Positions 1 to 29,200 of a stretch of DNA of 64,000 nt are shown here, one piece after another. The position numbers were made by a program, and so were the translations under genes. Under the pieces are notes generated by a model. The model searched no databases. It saw only the letters and a list, made by a program, of their open reading frames with translations, and was not told the origin of the DNA. This DNA comes from Tubiluchus corallicola (lineage: Eukaryota; Animalia; Priapulida), in assembly GCA_030141605.1 (NCBI GenBank), contig JAQGDQ010000411.1, positions 1 to 64,000 on the forward strand, given 5' to 3'. Every line of letters starts with the position of its first letter. Position 1 is the stretch's first letter.

Positions 1-666
1 AGAAACCTCCCTCGTTATAAAAATAATCAGCTAAGGTAATGCATTAACTTACAAAGGTGTGTTAGGCGCAATAATAACCTTTTTACAGTTTCGTTGTGTG
101 CACACACGGTTGCTACAACACAATTGTACCATAGCAACCCGTCTTAACTACAACTGTCGCGTTACGTGTGGGTAAACCAAAGCCGTCTGCCACATCAGTT
201 TAGTAATGTCAAATGTTTTGCGTGGACGTTACTTAATTATGCATTAGTCTGTGTGTAGAGTGATTTACTAGCAGGTTCTTGCTTGGAACAAGAGAAAATG
301 AACTAGGTAAGATTCTAGATACCTGTGAAAACTGTTACCATTACAGTAGCATAAGTTGTGAAGCGTTGTCGAGTGTATACAAATGCGTTGTTTGGTACAC
401 TTGACCTTTGACCTTTTCATGATCATCATCAATCGCTGGAATTGTGAAAAGGTTATTGGGTGTGCACACATTGTATTTGATAAATATGAACAGGATAAGT
501 TGCTGCAGGTGATAAGGCATTTTCCAGCTGAATACCCATCCATTTAATAACCAAGCTCAGTAATGCATAACTTTGGTTGCTAAGCTTCTCATCGTGACCA
601 CTGGATTATTTCATTTGTCTGTAGCGATCCTGATAAAATTAAATCAAAACACTGTATATTTTATGA

Positions 667-16812
<16,146 letters not shown>

Positions 16813-17043
16813 CAGCTTAAGGTATATGAGTTATTGGTAAACAATGAAGCCTAAAGTGGGTTTTCTTCTTTAAAACAAGAGCAGGTTTTCTGTTATCAAT
16901 GCTCTTAGTTCATTCTTAGTTTCGGGTAATCTGAAAATTGATGGAATTTAGATGAACGGACTGTAAACAGTGTAACGTGTATAGACTTGTGAAGGTTTAA
17001 TAAAAACACTTATCAGCCTGAGCAATAGTACAGCAAACTTGTA

Positions 17044-17871
17044 CAGTCTAACCTCGACTTACGAAAACCCTGTTATACGGAAAGGAAAAATTCAGAATAC
17101 GAATCAGGCTTCGAAGAAATTGCCGTCCCATTTAATGAAAAAAATATTCGAGATACGAAAACGAAAATCGAAAGTGACAATTTTTTAATATGTCAGAATG
17201 TCTTTCCTACTATCTTACCATTAGAAATTTAGCTGCCAAATAACATTCTTAAAGAATTCTTAACATTTCCATTTAAGCCATTCTTGCCAATCTGGCTAAA
17301 TTCCTTTTTTCAGATATAGTGTTATTGTTATAGTAAACCTGTCTATGCGTTGCCACTGTAGTCGTTGTAAAGTGTATAATTTACACATATGCATTCTATT
17401 AGAGTATGTTAAAATGATTTATAACTACAGCAATCAAACAGTACTTCACTTCTAGTGTTTATGCAATAACTACTTAGCAGAAGAAATAAAAAAATGTTTA
17501 CTATTGTAATTTGTTTTTGTAATTCCTTACTCTACATTTGTTGATAACCGAAATTTGAAAAGAGTTTTACAAGATGTCAGTAAATGCAAATATAGTCTTG
17601 ATAAGGATAAAATGAATGCTGTACATTTTTTATTAAACATTTTAGATGCTCACAAAAATAACAATTTCGCATGATATGCTTGATTATATAACCATTGTCT
17701 GATTTCTATGTACTGTTCCACTGGAACCGTTGTTTTGTATGTTTTGTGAGTGTGTTAGAATAAGGCTAGTGCTACGTTATTTTGTTTGTGCTACTTCACT
17801 AACTGTTTGGACAAAACATACGAATAAATGGTAAATAGTAATTATGTATGATACGATCTTGAGGTCGGCTG
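17044..17871. mobile_element. Tigger/pogo-like non-autonomous element
   Basis: ta-cagtctaacctcga ... gaggtcggctg-ta termini. Confidence 0.55.
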
Positions 17872-18219
17872 TATAATTAGTGACATGCATATTATCATCG
17901 TAATTTGTTTTACGATCCGTTGTAAACGTAAATGATTCCATATTTTACTTTTTATTACTGGTATCATCTAGCAAACAATTGATACTTGTGCTGTATAGCT
18001 GTGATTGTAAGAAGAAATAAAAATAAAACTTAACTATAAGTATATAAGTATCATGGTAATTAACCGCTTGTTAGTTTTTTACCTCATGATAATTTACTTT
18101 ACAGCAGATTCAGTTTACTATATCAAGGAGAAAATGAAAATCGTCCATTAATTGAGCTGTGATAAGCGTCACGGACAAAGTACTGGTCAGCCAAGCTTGT
18201 GAAGGCCACATATACACAT

Positions 18220-18263
<44 letters not shown>
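18220..18263. repeat. (CA)n microsatellite
   Basis: About 22 uninterrupted CA units. Confidence 0.97.
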
Positions 18264-18265
<2 letters not shown>

Positions 18266-18589
18266 AGTGTCGCCAAGAGAAATCTGACTAGGAATCGGAT
18301 TTCGACCAATTCTCCTCAGACTTAAGACTCAGTTAGGCAGGTTCAGATATGCAGATAGAATTACTTTTATTCAGCTATGAAATTTTGGTAGATTTTGGTA
18401 TCATGTGATTATGGAAGAGATTTCTTCTGAATCTAAACTGAAACTAATAAACAAATATATAATATAAATGCTTTTAGAATATTCTGTTGTTAATATCAGC
18501 TTTCGTTGGAAATTTTATTTCTTAAAGCAGATATTGGAAGAATATTAAGATAGTTTGTAATTATTTGTATATTTAAGTTTAATAGTTGC

Positions 18590-19270
18590 AACAACCTGCA
18601 CTGCCGACTCTATCAGGTATATCATTGGCCAAAATGACACAAAATAGAGGAACAATAACACTACCTTGGGGAACATCAGAAATGACAGGGACATAGTTGC
18701 CTGAGGAGTGATCCACAACAACTTTTTGTAATCGATCTATAAGTAAACTTTCAATCCATTTACAGAGCAGACTATTACATGTAATTCCATTAGCTTTCAA
18801 TTTTGTCAAAAGATTTGTATGAGACACAGAGTCATGAGCTTTTGTGAAGTATGTATATATACTTTATCAATAAAGTTTTTATCTTCTAAAGTAATATTCC
18901 AATCCTAAATCATCTCACATAGCTGAGTACACGAAGAATGCTTAGCAGGAAACCCATGCTGTTTCAACTTAAAAAGGACAGCATTTGATTACAAATACAA
19001 ATTTTTATAATTTTACAAGAAACAGATGTTAGGAAACTGATCTGTAGATCCTAGGGTCTGAGCTTACACGATTTTTGTATAATTTGAAAGATGTCAGCAA
19101 TCTGCCACTTAGACAGGGGCTTACCTGTACTAACAAACTTATTAAAATCAAATACAAAGGTAACCATATGTCACCAATAAGTGGCTTAAAAACAATCGAG
19201 GGTAGACCGTCAGATGGTGTGACTTTTTTACATTTTAATTTTGTATAGGCTTTGCGCAGATTTAAATCTA
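18590..19270 (-). mobile_element. Decayed LINE (CR1/L2-like) reverse-transcriptase fragment
   Basis: Minus-strand translation SHTNLLTKLKANGI...KWIESLLIDRLQKVVV...VISDVPQGSVIVPLFCVILANDIPD matches non-LTR RT motifs (H..LL.KL...GI; GVPQGSVLGPLLF...NDL); interrupted by stops and frameshifts. Confidence 0.8.
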
Positions 19271-20224
19271 TGACAGTAATTGTACAAGTAATATTTGCAA
19301 TAAATAAGAGTAAAGTGATTCTTCGAGGATTAGCTTAGCCTGGTTCCTCACTAGGCGCCGCAAGTGGCTAATACTAAAAGTAAATTTCATCATGTTTTCC
19401 CATGCTGTTGTTTACGCCGTAAATCGGGTTTATCCGCAAGCGAAGTGTGCTTGCATGAAATTAAAGTAGTTATGCTGTTTCAAAATAAATTAGTATATGT
19501 GCACTAGGCAGAATAACACGAGCGCATTTTCAAGAATGGAATCTTGAACCTTAAACTTTTGTAACTCCAGCTTCGTGATAATCGGCTGGTTGAGTTTTAC
19601 AACCAGTGTAATAAAACACCAAAAACGTTCATTGGGCGTCTGAGTAGTTTGCACTTTTGGTAGTTCTTGCAAACTGGTTCACAATTTGCGTCAGAGTTTC
19701 CTGATTTTTAGGTAGTGAAGTTTAACTTGTTCCTGAAATCCTACTTGTTTTTTTTACAAATAAATTGATTCAGTTAGAGCTAGCGATTGCCAAGTAGCCC
19801 CACCTAGGTGGATGAACGAAATAGATATAACTGGTGATGTGTAAACGACTATGGCGTTTCTTACTTATTCATTGCTGAAAAGACTCAGTTTCAGTACCAG
19901 TTTGTGAAAGAGCTAGTTACTATTTACAAGAACTTTCGTCACAGTTGTCAAAGTGGTTTTAAATGCATTTAGCGAGCCTCCTTTTGTTTGCCATGTAAAG
20001 ATAATGTATTTTTATATTTTATGAATCCTGGTAATTATTTTTATTACATGGCCTATTTTTTCTAATATTTTGATGTACTGCACATGCTGTTTTAAAGAAT
20101 TTCTTTTTGTGTCTCTTAACCTTTGTGCTTGATTCATATTACAACTATCAGACAGCCATTTTCCAACTTGATTGTAAGTTTTTAAAATTATTTGCTGTTT
20201 AAGTAGCTATTGAGACAATCAGCA

Positions 20225-23200
20225 ATGACAGATAGTGGCAGCTTTATCTATACAGTATCTGAGATTAAGCCAGGGCCGTCTACAGTGCCCGCTTTTCTGA
20301 CGAAATTATGGAGTTTGGTTAGTAACAGCGAAAGTGATGAGTTAATCTATTGGAGTGAGGTGAGTCGATGGTTTCACGTTCTCTTCAATTTGCCAGAAAC
20401 GCAAATTTGCACAGTGTGGTATAGTGAACTGAGTTTTCATTTTATAAACACTGATTATTTTATGTAAAACAAAAATGTGTGGGTAACACATAAGCTACAA
20501 TTCAAGTTGACTACTTAGAGGTACTAAAATTTTATGAATTTTTACATTTGTTATGAATCATTGTTTGTTTTGTACTTGAAGCCAAAACTATTGCCTTTCT
20601 ATACTTTGAACTTGGCTTTTGGCAGGTTAATGTGTTGGTTAAATGTGACAGCATCGTATACATGGCTAGCATTACAGTTAAGTGATATTCACTTTTGTAT
20701 TGATAACTCGTGTTTTTTTATTTTAGAACGGTACCAGTTTTCACGTGCACGATTCTGCTAGATTCGCTAAAGAAGTATTGCCTTTTTACTTCAAGCATAA
20801 TAACATGGCTAGCTTTGTTCGACAGCTTAATATGTGTAAGTATATTGATTTTTATTCTTGCTTTTCTCGGTGCCCAGTTTTTGGTACTGTACTTTTTGTA
20901 CTGTATGAAATTCTTCGCTGGAAGAGTATTTCCCTGAAACTACATCCTTGCTTGATTCCAGAAAAGCATCAACAGAATCCTCCCATCAATATCAAATCAG
21001 AACTGTAAGAATTCTACTTTTCTACGCATGTATTTGTGTCTTCGTGTTTTTACTATAACCTTTATCTTAAATTGTTCATTGACTTTGTTTGTGGTGGTTT
21101 GTATTAAAATAATAAGAAGCAAAACTGGTGGTGAAATTTTTATTCTGTAGACAGGAGCTGTAGATTAAGTGAGTTACTAATGATCTATGTGTATTAGTGT
21201 TTCCATCGTTTACCCGAGTAATTACCTGCATTGTTTATTACTGTTTCTAATGTTTCTACCCGGTTTCAACAATGAAACTGCAGACATTATTTGTAATATA
21301 TCGCTTGTTAGAGAGTTTTAAATTTAAATACCACCGCCTGCTGCGCTCTTCTACAGTAGGTACCTAGTAGCAGATTATTAATTGCTTCATTAGTAGTGTG
21401 CCAGTCTAACAGCCAATAGGGAGGTGGCAGATCAAACCATTTTGCCGTAGGGGTCATTTACAAAAAACAAACTATGATTTCTTTACCAAGAGGTTAATCA
21501 TCCAAATGAAATTGTTGATTAACCTCTAAAAAGCTATTTCAGACCACTAGCAAAAATACGAATAAACGGGTGGCTAAGTTTAATAGCACACAATAAGCAT
21601 AATATAGATTGTTTCATTGCCATAATCCCTATGCTAATAGTGCTCAGTGAAGTACAAGCTACACTGACGTAGTCGACTCGTTGACGAAGCATGCAATTAA
21701 GTAATTAAGAAGTCTGGCAGATATAAACTCAATGAAATGGCTTACGTGGGAAAACACCAGTTTTTGCGACTCACAGCTCATGCATTCAGTCTCTCAGAGT
21801 GTAATAAATGGATGCTTATTGCTCCCGTAACAGTGCAATTATTTAAAATGTACCTATTATTTACAGTTTCTTCACTGCCGCTCAATCTTAATAATCAGAT
21901 ACCCAACAGGTATAGGGAATAAGGTATCCAAGGCTGATTGTGTACACTAGTAAACACTAGTGTATATGTTACTTTGCATTTTATTTTGCTACTAAACTAC
22001 TTGGCTTCATTTTTCAGATGGCTTCCGTAAAGTGGTAAATGTTGAACATGGGTCGCTGAAGTTTCAAAGTGATGACCTTGAGTTTTACCACCCATATTTT
22101 TGTCGCGGTCATGAAGATTTGCTTATATATATCAAGCGAAAGGTACCGGCTAACATTAGCAGTTTAATTGTTATGATTTGATAAAAAATATACCGACTTC
22201 TTATTTGTTGTAACCCTGTTAGGATAAAAGTATTAATCTTCTGCTTTATTTATAATTTGAAAGCTTGTTGTCTAGTAATGGATTTGTAGCTGTTTTCTGG
22301 ACCTTAAGGTCAGAAAGGCTGAAACTTCTGTAACCTGTTTTATGTTACCTCTTGAACTCAAATATTCAATGAAGCTGCTAAGTTATTAATTATCGTTATC
22401 TTTCATTAAAGCAAAGCCGGTTTCAATCTTTAACTGTAGGTCAAAACAGTCTACTCTTTCAAATATTGAAAGAAAACATACTATTTTTTTAAACAATGAC
22501 TTGCGTGAAAGAATTATTACCACACAAACATAATTTCGAGTTTGCGCCACTAGTTCTTTGCTGTTACACCCATTTCGTCATTCTCAAGTAGTTAGACGGG
22601 CACTAGCACCTGCATTTCCAAAAAGCATTGCACAAAAAACAGGTGCTGTACTTCTCAGTTCAGATGTGCTACTTTGTGACAAACTACACAAGTTCGACAG
22701 CTCATGCGTGAGCACAGCGGTGAATTTGAAATTTGAATTTTTATCTTAAAACTTGCATAGTTTTAGTACAACACACCGTACGTCTTACATTAGCATTGTA
22801 CTTCAATTTTCGCTTTTGCAAACACATGCAACATGCTTGTAGAATATTTTTGCTGTTGAAAATTACGTTAGCTTGTGATGTCATCAATAGTTGAGCTCAG
22901 ACGATGTTAATTAATTTTATAATCTATTATTTATTTACCAGAAATGCTTTCGCAGTATTACTTGTGTTGACATGTTAATTTTTATTGTACATGGAAACGG
23001 CGTGGTACATCGTCCTGTCTTTCTTTAAGGGTTCTTCATCTTCAGTGAAATTTGACGAGAAGAGTTCGAGTCAGGACGGTGTAGAAGGCGTGCTGTCAAA
23101 CTGCAAACGTCTTCAGGAGCGACAAGACAAGGTGGACGCTCAGTTGATCTCACTGAAAAGGTACTGCGGTTCTGTCATTTCAAAAAAAAGAAATGGCCGT

Positions 23201-26200
23201 AAGACTTAGTGAGAATCATTTTGTTTCTCCTGCTTTTGTTTTTAAAACAAGGATAAATTTGGAAGAAGCAGAGATGATACCGTCTCCAGGCTTAGCTGCT
23301 ACACACTTATAGGTGTAATAGTTAAGATTTATAAAGATTTCTGTGGTTGTCAGACCTGTCCTAAGAATGTTACACTTGTAATGTCCTACTGTGGCTGTCA
23401 CACCTGTCCTAAGAATGTTACACTTGTAATGTCCTACTGTGGTTGTCACACCTGTCCTAAGAATGTTATACTTGTAATGTCCTACTGAGGTTGTCACACC
23501 TGTCCTAAGAATGTTGCACTTGTAATGTCCTACTGTGGTTGTCACACCTGTCCTAAGAATGTTACACTTGTAATATCCTACTGTGGTTGTCAGACCTGTC
23601 CTAAGAATGTTACACTTGTAATGTCCTACTGTTGTTGTCACACTTGTCCTAAGAATGTTATACTTGTAATGTCCTACTGTGGTTGTCACACCTGTCCTAA
23701 GAATGTTACACTTGTAATGTCCTACTGTGGCTGTCACACCTGTCCTAAGAATGTTACACTTGTAATGTCCTACTGTGGCTGTCACACCTGTCCTAAGAAT
23801 GTTACACTTGTAATGTCCTACTGTGGCTGTCACACCTGTCCTAAGAATGTTACACTTGTAATGTCCTACTGTGGCTGTCACACCTGTCCTAAGAATGTTA
23901 CACTTGTAATGTCCTACTGAGGTTGTCACACCTGTCCTAAGAATGTTACACCTGTAATGTCCTACTGTGGTTGTCACACCTGTCCTAAGAATGTTACACT
24001 TGTAATGTCCTACTGAGGTTGTCACACCTGTCCTAAGAATGTTACACTTGTAATGTCCTACTGTTGTTGTCACACTTGTCCTAAGAATGTTATACTTGTA
24101 ATGTCCTACTGTTGTTGTCACACCTGTCCTAAGAATGCTATACCTGTAATCTAATCTAATATTACCTGCTGCAACATGTAGAGTAATTATGGTCATTTTG
24201 AGCTTTTCAAGTAATGTACCACGTAGAAAATTGTCTTGGTAAAGCATAAGCATATTTCATGTAACTTTACAGAGACCATTTTAACAACGATTACGATGAA
24301 TAGACGCGTTTGCTTTAATAGTCTTTACAATTACTATAGAAGATAGTTGTAGAATATGGCTGCTGCTTTTTTGTACAATAGGAAATTATTTACGTGAGTA
24401 AAACGTTTGATTTTATCTAATTTAGTTAACAATGAGTTTGGGTGTTTGAAAAATAAACAAGTAGATTTACCTTCTTTTGTAAGTTAAATAAAAGTTGACA
24501 ACAGATGTGAAGATGATCCTAGCTCAGTGATTTGCCTCAATCTAGACACACCTGACCGAGTCTGCCATACTTGGTGCTCGTCTAAAGGGATCATTCATGT
24601 ACTGCTGTTTCAGTAAGCCAATTTTTGTCTGTGTTTTAGAGAGAATGAAGCCCTGTGGAATGAAGTGGCTGTCCTGCGGCAGAAACATGCCAAGCAGCAG
24701 CAAGTTGTGAATAAAGTACGTTTACTTTTAGTACTTTTTTGTACGTTTAAATTGGGAGAGTGAATAGGTGAGTGGTCACGGTGTGTGCTTGGTTGTAATT
24801 ATTAGGCAGCGCCAAACTAGTTAACATATGATTGGACTGATGAGCGACCTTCAGAAGTCACTGCTGTTTGGCTTCATTTGCCAAGATGTCCTCAACGGTT
24901 TAGCTTCACGAATGACGTGTCCATACGTTCACAGTTATTATCTCCTTTAAAATGAATCTGATTCATAAATAGCTGTGTCCTGGTCCTGCCACAACTGACT
25001 AAACCTGTCGTGATTGTGGCATAACAGCTTGGTAAATGTAAAAGAACAAAATTTCGAACAAGTTTATGTAGCGCTGATTTGCTTTTTATCGTGGTCGAAG
25101 ATTTCTGTTTTAAAAAGTTTCATCTGTAAATGTGATTTGTTTTCAGCTCGTACAGTTTCTAGTCAGTCTAGTACAGAGCGGTGGTAGAAGCGTGTCTATG
25201 AAACGTAAGACGCCACTTGCTATCAAAGGAAGACAGAGAAAGTATGCAAAGACGGAGAGAAAATTGTTATCGGTAAGTTGACTGATCTCTTAGACAGCTT
25301 ATAGTTGTAATGTAGTAACTGATGTTTATGTAAGCATTAGTTCATGTTAGTTCTTCATACCTTACACAATTTCATAAATGTGTGCTTGCATAGCAAAATC
25401 GTCCATAAGTTGGCAATTAAGCTTTTCTAGTTATTCACATATCCTGAATCTCCATTTCATGAGGATCATTTCGATACCAAGTTCATCGCTCTACGTCACT
25501 TCTAAGCTGAGATAATCCATGTTGAAGTTGAGGTGCAGGCTGCGCACTGAAAAACATAATCTTGAGAAAATTATTGTTAAAGTCAGCCATTGTTTTTTAT
25601 CACATTTCTGCAAAACACTTAGCAACCGCACAAACGTTGGTTGCTACGGACTTTGCAAGAACACATTGAAGTTATGTTTAAATCCAGCAGATGGCTCTTC
25701 CAGATGAAGATCTGGGTTTAGCAACAGAAAAAACAAAAGCAAACTGACAGCTTCTACGAGCTACAATCAGAATTTGAAAATAAAAGTTTTTTTTATAGTT
25801 GCAGTACTAGTTTACTAGACAGAAAAGTGGCTGCAGGATTATAAAATTAGATTTTTAGTATTTTTGAACATTTTCTTGATAATTTGATGCTAGAACATAA
25901 GAGTCAATATATTTAGTATTTGTTTTTATGAAAAATTGACATTTGACCAAATTTTTTTGTCGTTCTGTTTTGAAACATCATAACGTAGTTTTAACTATAG
26001 ACAGTTTTTTTGGCAAGCACACATATTACAATGCTGACTTTAAATTTATGTGAGATTTATTTTGGTGAAAAGTTACGTAGATATGTTAGCTTGAAAACAA
26101 GTTAACAAATAGATATAGTGTAAATTTTCCTGAAAATTACAGCATCAAATGAAAATGTTATTGCAAATGTTTTTGGAAGCACTATGGCAGAAGGTTTGTG

Positions 26201-29200
26201 TATTCTTACAAGGAAAACATGCAGGCAAAATGTCCTAAAATGAGTGAATGAAGGCAGTTTAATTAACATAAATATTCCAACTTGTTGCTTTTGTTAAAGT
26301 AGCCACAATAAGCCTTTTCTCAGTTTCAGCAATAGATGATGATCGTGAAAACGTCAAAGGTTAAGTGTACCAGACAGCGCATTCGTGTACACTTGACAAC
26401 GCCTCACAGCCCAAGCTGTTGTAATAGCAACAGTTTTCACAGCTACCTAGAACCTTACCTAGTTCATTTTTTCTTGTTCTCAAGCAAGATCCTGCCAATA
26501 ACTCACTCTATGCACAGATTAATGCATAATTAATTAAAGTCCATATAAAAGAACAGAAATCACTGAACTGATGTGGCAGATTAGTTTGCTTAACCCACAT
26601 TTCACGTGACGGTTGTGGTTAAGATGCGCTGTCATTTTACACCTAACCTTTGACCTACAGCAACTGCGCGTGCACACAATGAAACTTTGAACAGGCTTAT
26701 GAAATGTAATTTGTTCCTTTTCCAAAATGGAAAACCAGAAAACTACATTCTGTTCGATGCCACATGCAGCATTTGCAAGATTTTATTTTCACTTGCAGTT
26801 AGCAGTAAATCGGTCCTCAACGCAGAGCTGTAGACTGCACTGTTTAGCATAGGTGAAGCCTCATTCTTGTAGGTCAATGGCTTCATAAACTATAATTTTG
26901 TTATTTTGTCTTGTAACTTCTGTGTCATTTTATGCAAACAGCATTTCTGTTTTTTTCTCCTAATAGGAAAAATATTCAGCAGTTTTGAACACGTAATCTC
27001 AAAGCGTTTTTGCTGGGAATTTTCCTGAATTTCTGTTCATTTACAGGACAGCAAGGAGCCGTCGTCAGAAGGGGTGATAATTTCGGATGTTTTGCAAGAC
27101 TCTGACAGTGACAATTTAGAAACGGTTACAGGCCAGGCTGGTATGTATTCCACTCACCGCAGCTATATTAGTGACAGAGCATTTTATTGATGCCAGTAGA
27201 GGCAGGATTGCATTGCGTTACACTGTGATATTTTTTTCTTAAAAGCTAGTTCTGTTTGATTTTAATCATTTGCTATTTATCGTAATTGAGATGGAGAAAT
27301 TCAGCTGTTTGTATTGGGAACTGGAATCGGTATTCAGGTATAAAAACACCTTGAGAAGTTTTTCTGGTTTTGATGTTTTATCTAGAATATGCAACAGGTA
27401 TGCACTACAGGGTGTCATTTAATGTTACTACAGAGGGCGCCGCTTAATAGACTCACTTTGGGATGGAAGTGCGTTGACTCATCTAACCGACAAATGTAGT
27501 ATCGTAGTGTAGAAGTATGAATCATCAGCTTAGTATTCACGGCAAAGGCTATCAATGAAATTTAGATATGAAAAAATGCAGTTTCTCAAAAATATTAATT
27601 TATAAAGTGATTTAATAAAAAATAAAATAAAAAATAACCTGTCTAAATCACCCAAGTCTATTTAAAAATTACAAACATTTGTTCAAGGTCGTCTGCTTCA
27701 TTTTTCACAAAGAAGTTGGCTCACAAAGTTCAAGGTCGTCTGCTTCATTTTTCACAAACAAGTTGGGTCACAAAGTTCAAGGTCATAAAAACATTGAAAA
27801 TCTGTTGTTGTATGATGCACAAATTCTTGTAAAATACTTAGTGTATGGCGTGTTTGAACCGTATTTTAATGGTCTACCGGTAAAATAATATTATGCTTTA
27901 AGCTCACATTGTATTTCACTAGCTATTCATTATGTACATAATGTAAAAATTTATTTAATATTTTTGTGCTTATGTGCCCTGCACACAGAGGGCTTATTGA
28001 ATCCATTTTCAAAAAAGATTTTTAATAATAATAAATTCATTCATTAAACGATGCAGCTGTCATCCAAGCTTTCGAGTTTCCATGGTAATCTACATCAACT
28101 TTGTACTTGTATTAAACGTTCTATGAAAGGCTGTAAGAGTAGCAAAAGCAAACCGTTAGGCTAGTGATTCAATGTGCAGAAATTACTGGGTAATGAGGTT
28201 ATATGCAGTGGATGGGCAAGTCACAGCAAAACCGCTCTAGGTTAGCATATTAGCGTATGATATACATTCCTGCTTACAAACAAAAAGGTACTTAACATGA
28301 TTGTTTTTAAGTATATTATAGAACAAAAGTGAACTAAGATGATATCAAAGTCATGAAAATTGAATGACTCAATGCCGGTGCTGCTTAATGATGCCGGTGC
28401 TGCTTAATGAGTTAGGTGTTGATTAACGACACCAGTGCTGCTTAATGATGCCGGTGCTGCTTAATGACACAGTGCTGCTTATTGATGCAGATGCTGCTTA
28501 ATGAGTTAGGTGTTGATTAACGACACCAGTGCTGCTTAATGATGCCGGTGCTGCTTAACAACACCAGTGCTGTTTAATGATGCTGGTGCTGCTTAATGAG
28601 TTAGGTGTTGATTAACGACACCAGTGCTGCTTAATGATGCCGGTGCTGCTTAACAACACCAGTGCTGTTTAATGATGCTGGTGCTGCTTAATGAGTTAGG
28701 TGTTGATTAACGACACCAGTGCTGCTTAATGATGCCGGTGCTGCTTAACAACACCAGTGCTGCTTATTGATGCAGATGCTGCTTAATGAGTTAGGTGTTG
28801 ATTAACGACACCAGTGCTGCTTAATGATGCCGGTGCTGCTTAACAACATCAGTGCTGTTTAATGATGCAGGTGCTGCTTAATGAGTTAGGTGTTGATTAA
28901 CGACACCAGTGCTGCTTAATGATGCCGGTGCTGCTTAACAACACCAGTGCTGTTTAATGATGCAGGTGCTGCTTAATGAGTTAGGTGTTGATTAACGACA
29001 CCAGTGCTGCTTAATGATGCCGGTGCTGCTTAACAACACCAGTGCTGTTTAATGATGCTGGTGCTGCTTAATGAGTTAGGTGTTGATTAACGACACCAGT
29101 GCTGCTTAATGATGCCGGTGCTGCTTAACAACACCAGTGCTGTTTAATGATGCTGGTGCTGCTTAATGAGTTAGGTGTTGATTAACGACACCAGTGCTGC

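Noticed and set aside
268-543. Similar ORFs here and at 26336-26533 (MMIxKxSKVKCTxQRI)
   Set aside because: Two copies of a dispersed non-coding repeat; similarity is at the DNA level and extends beyond the ORFs.
19500-20224. Heat-shock elements upstream of HSF1 (autoregulation)
   Set aside because: Only two-unit matches (ttcaagaa ~19529, gaactttc ~19930); no three-unit nGAAn array.
23216-24253. 345-aa minus-strand ORF with Cys/His 16-aa repeats
   Set aside because: Entirely explained by a 48-bp intronic minisatellite whose unit is a multiple of 3; no unique domain.
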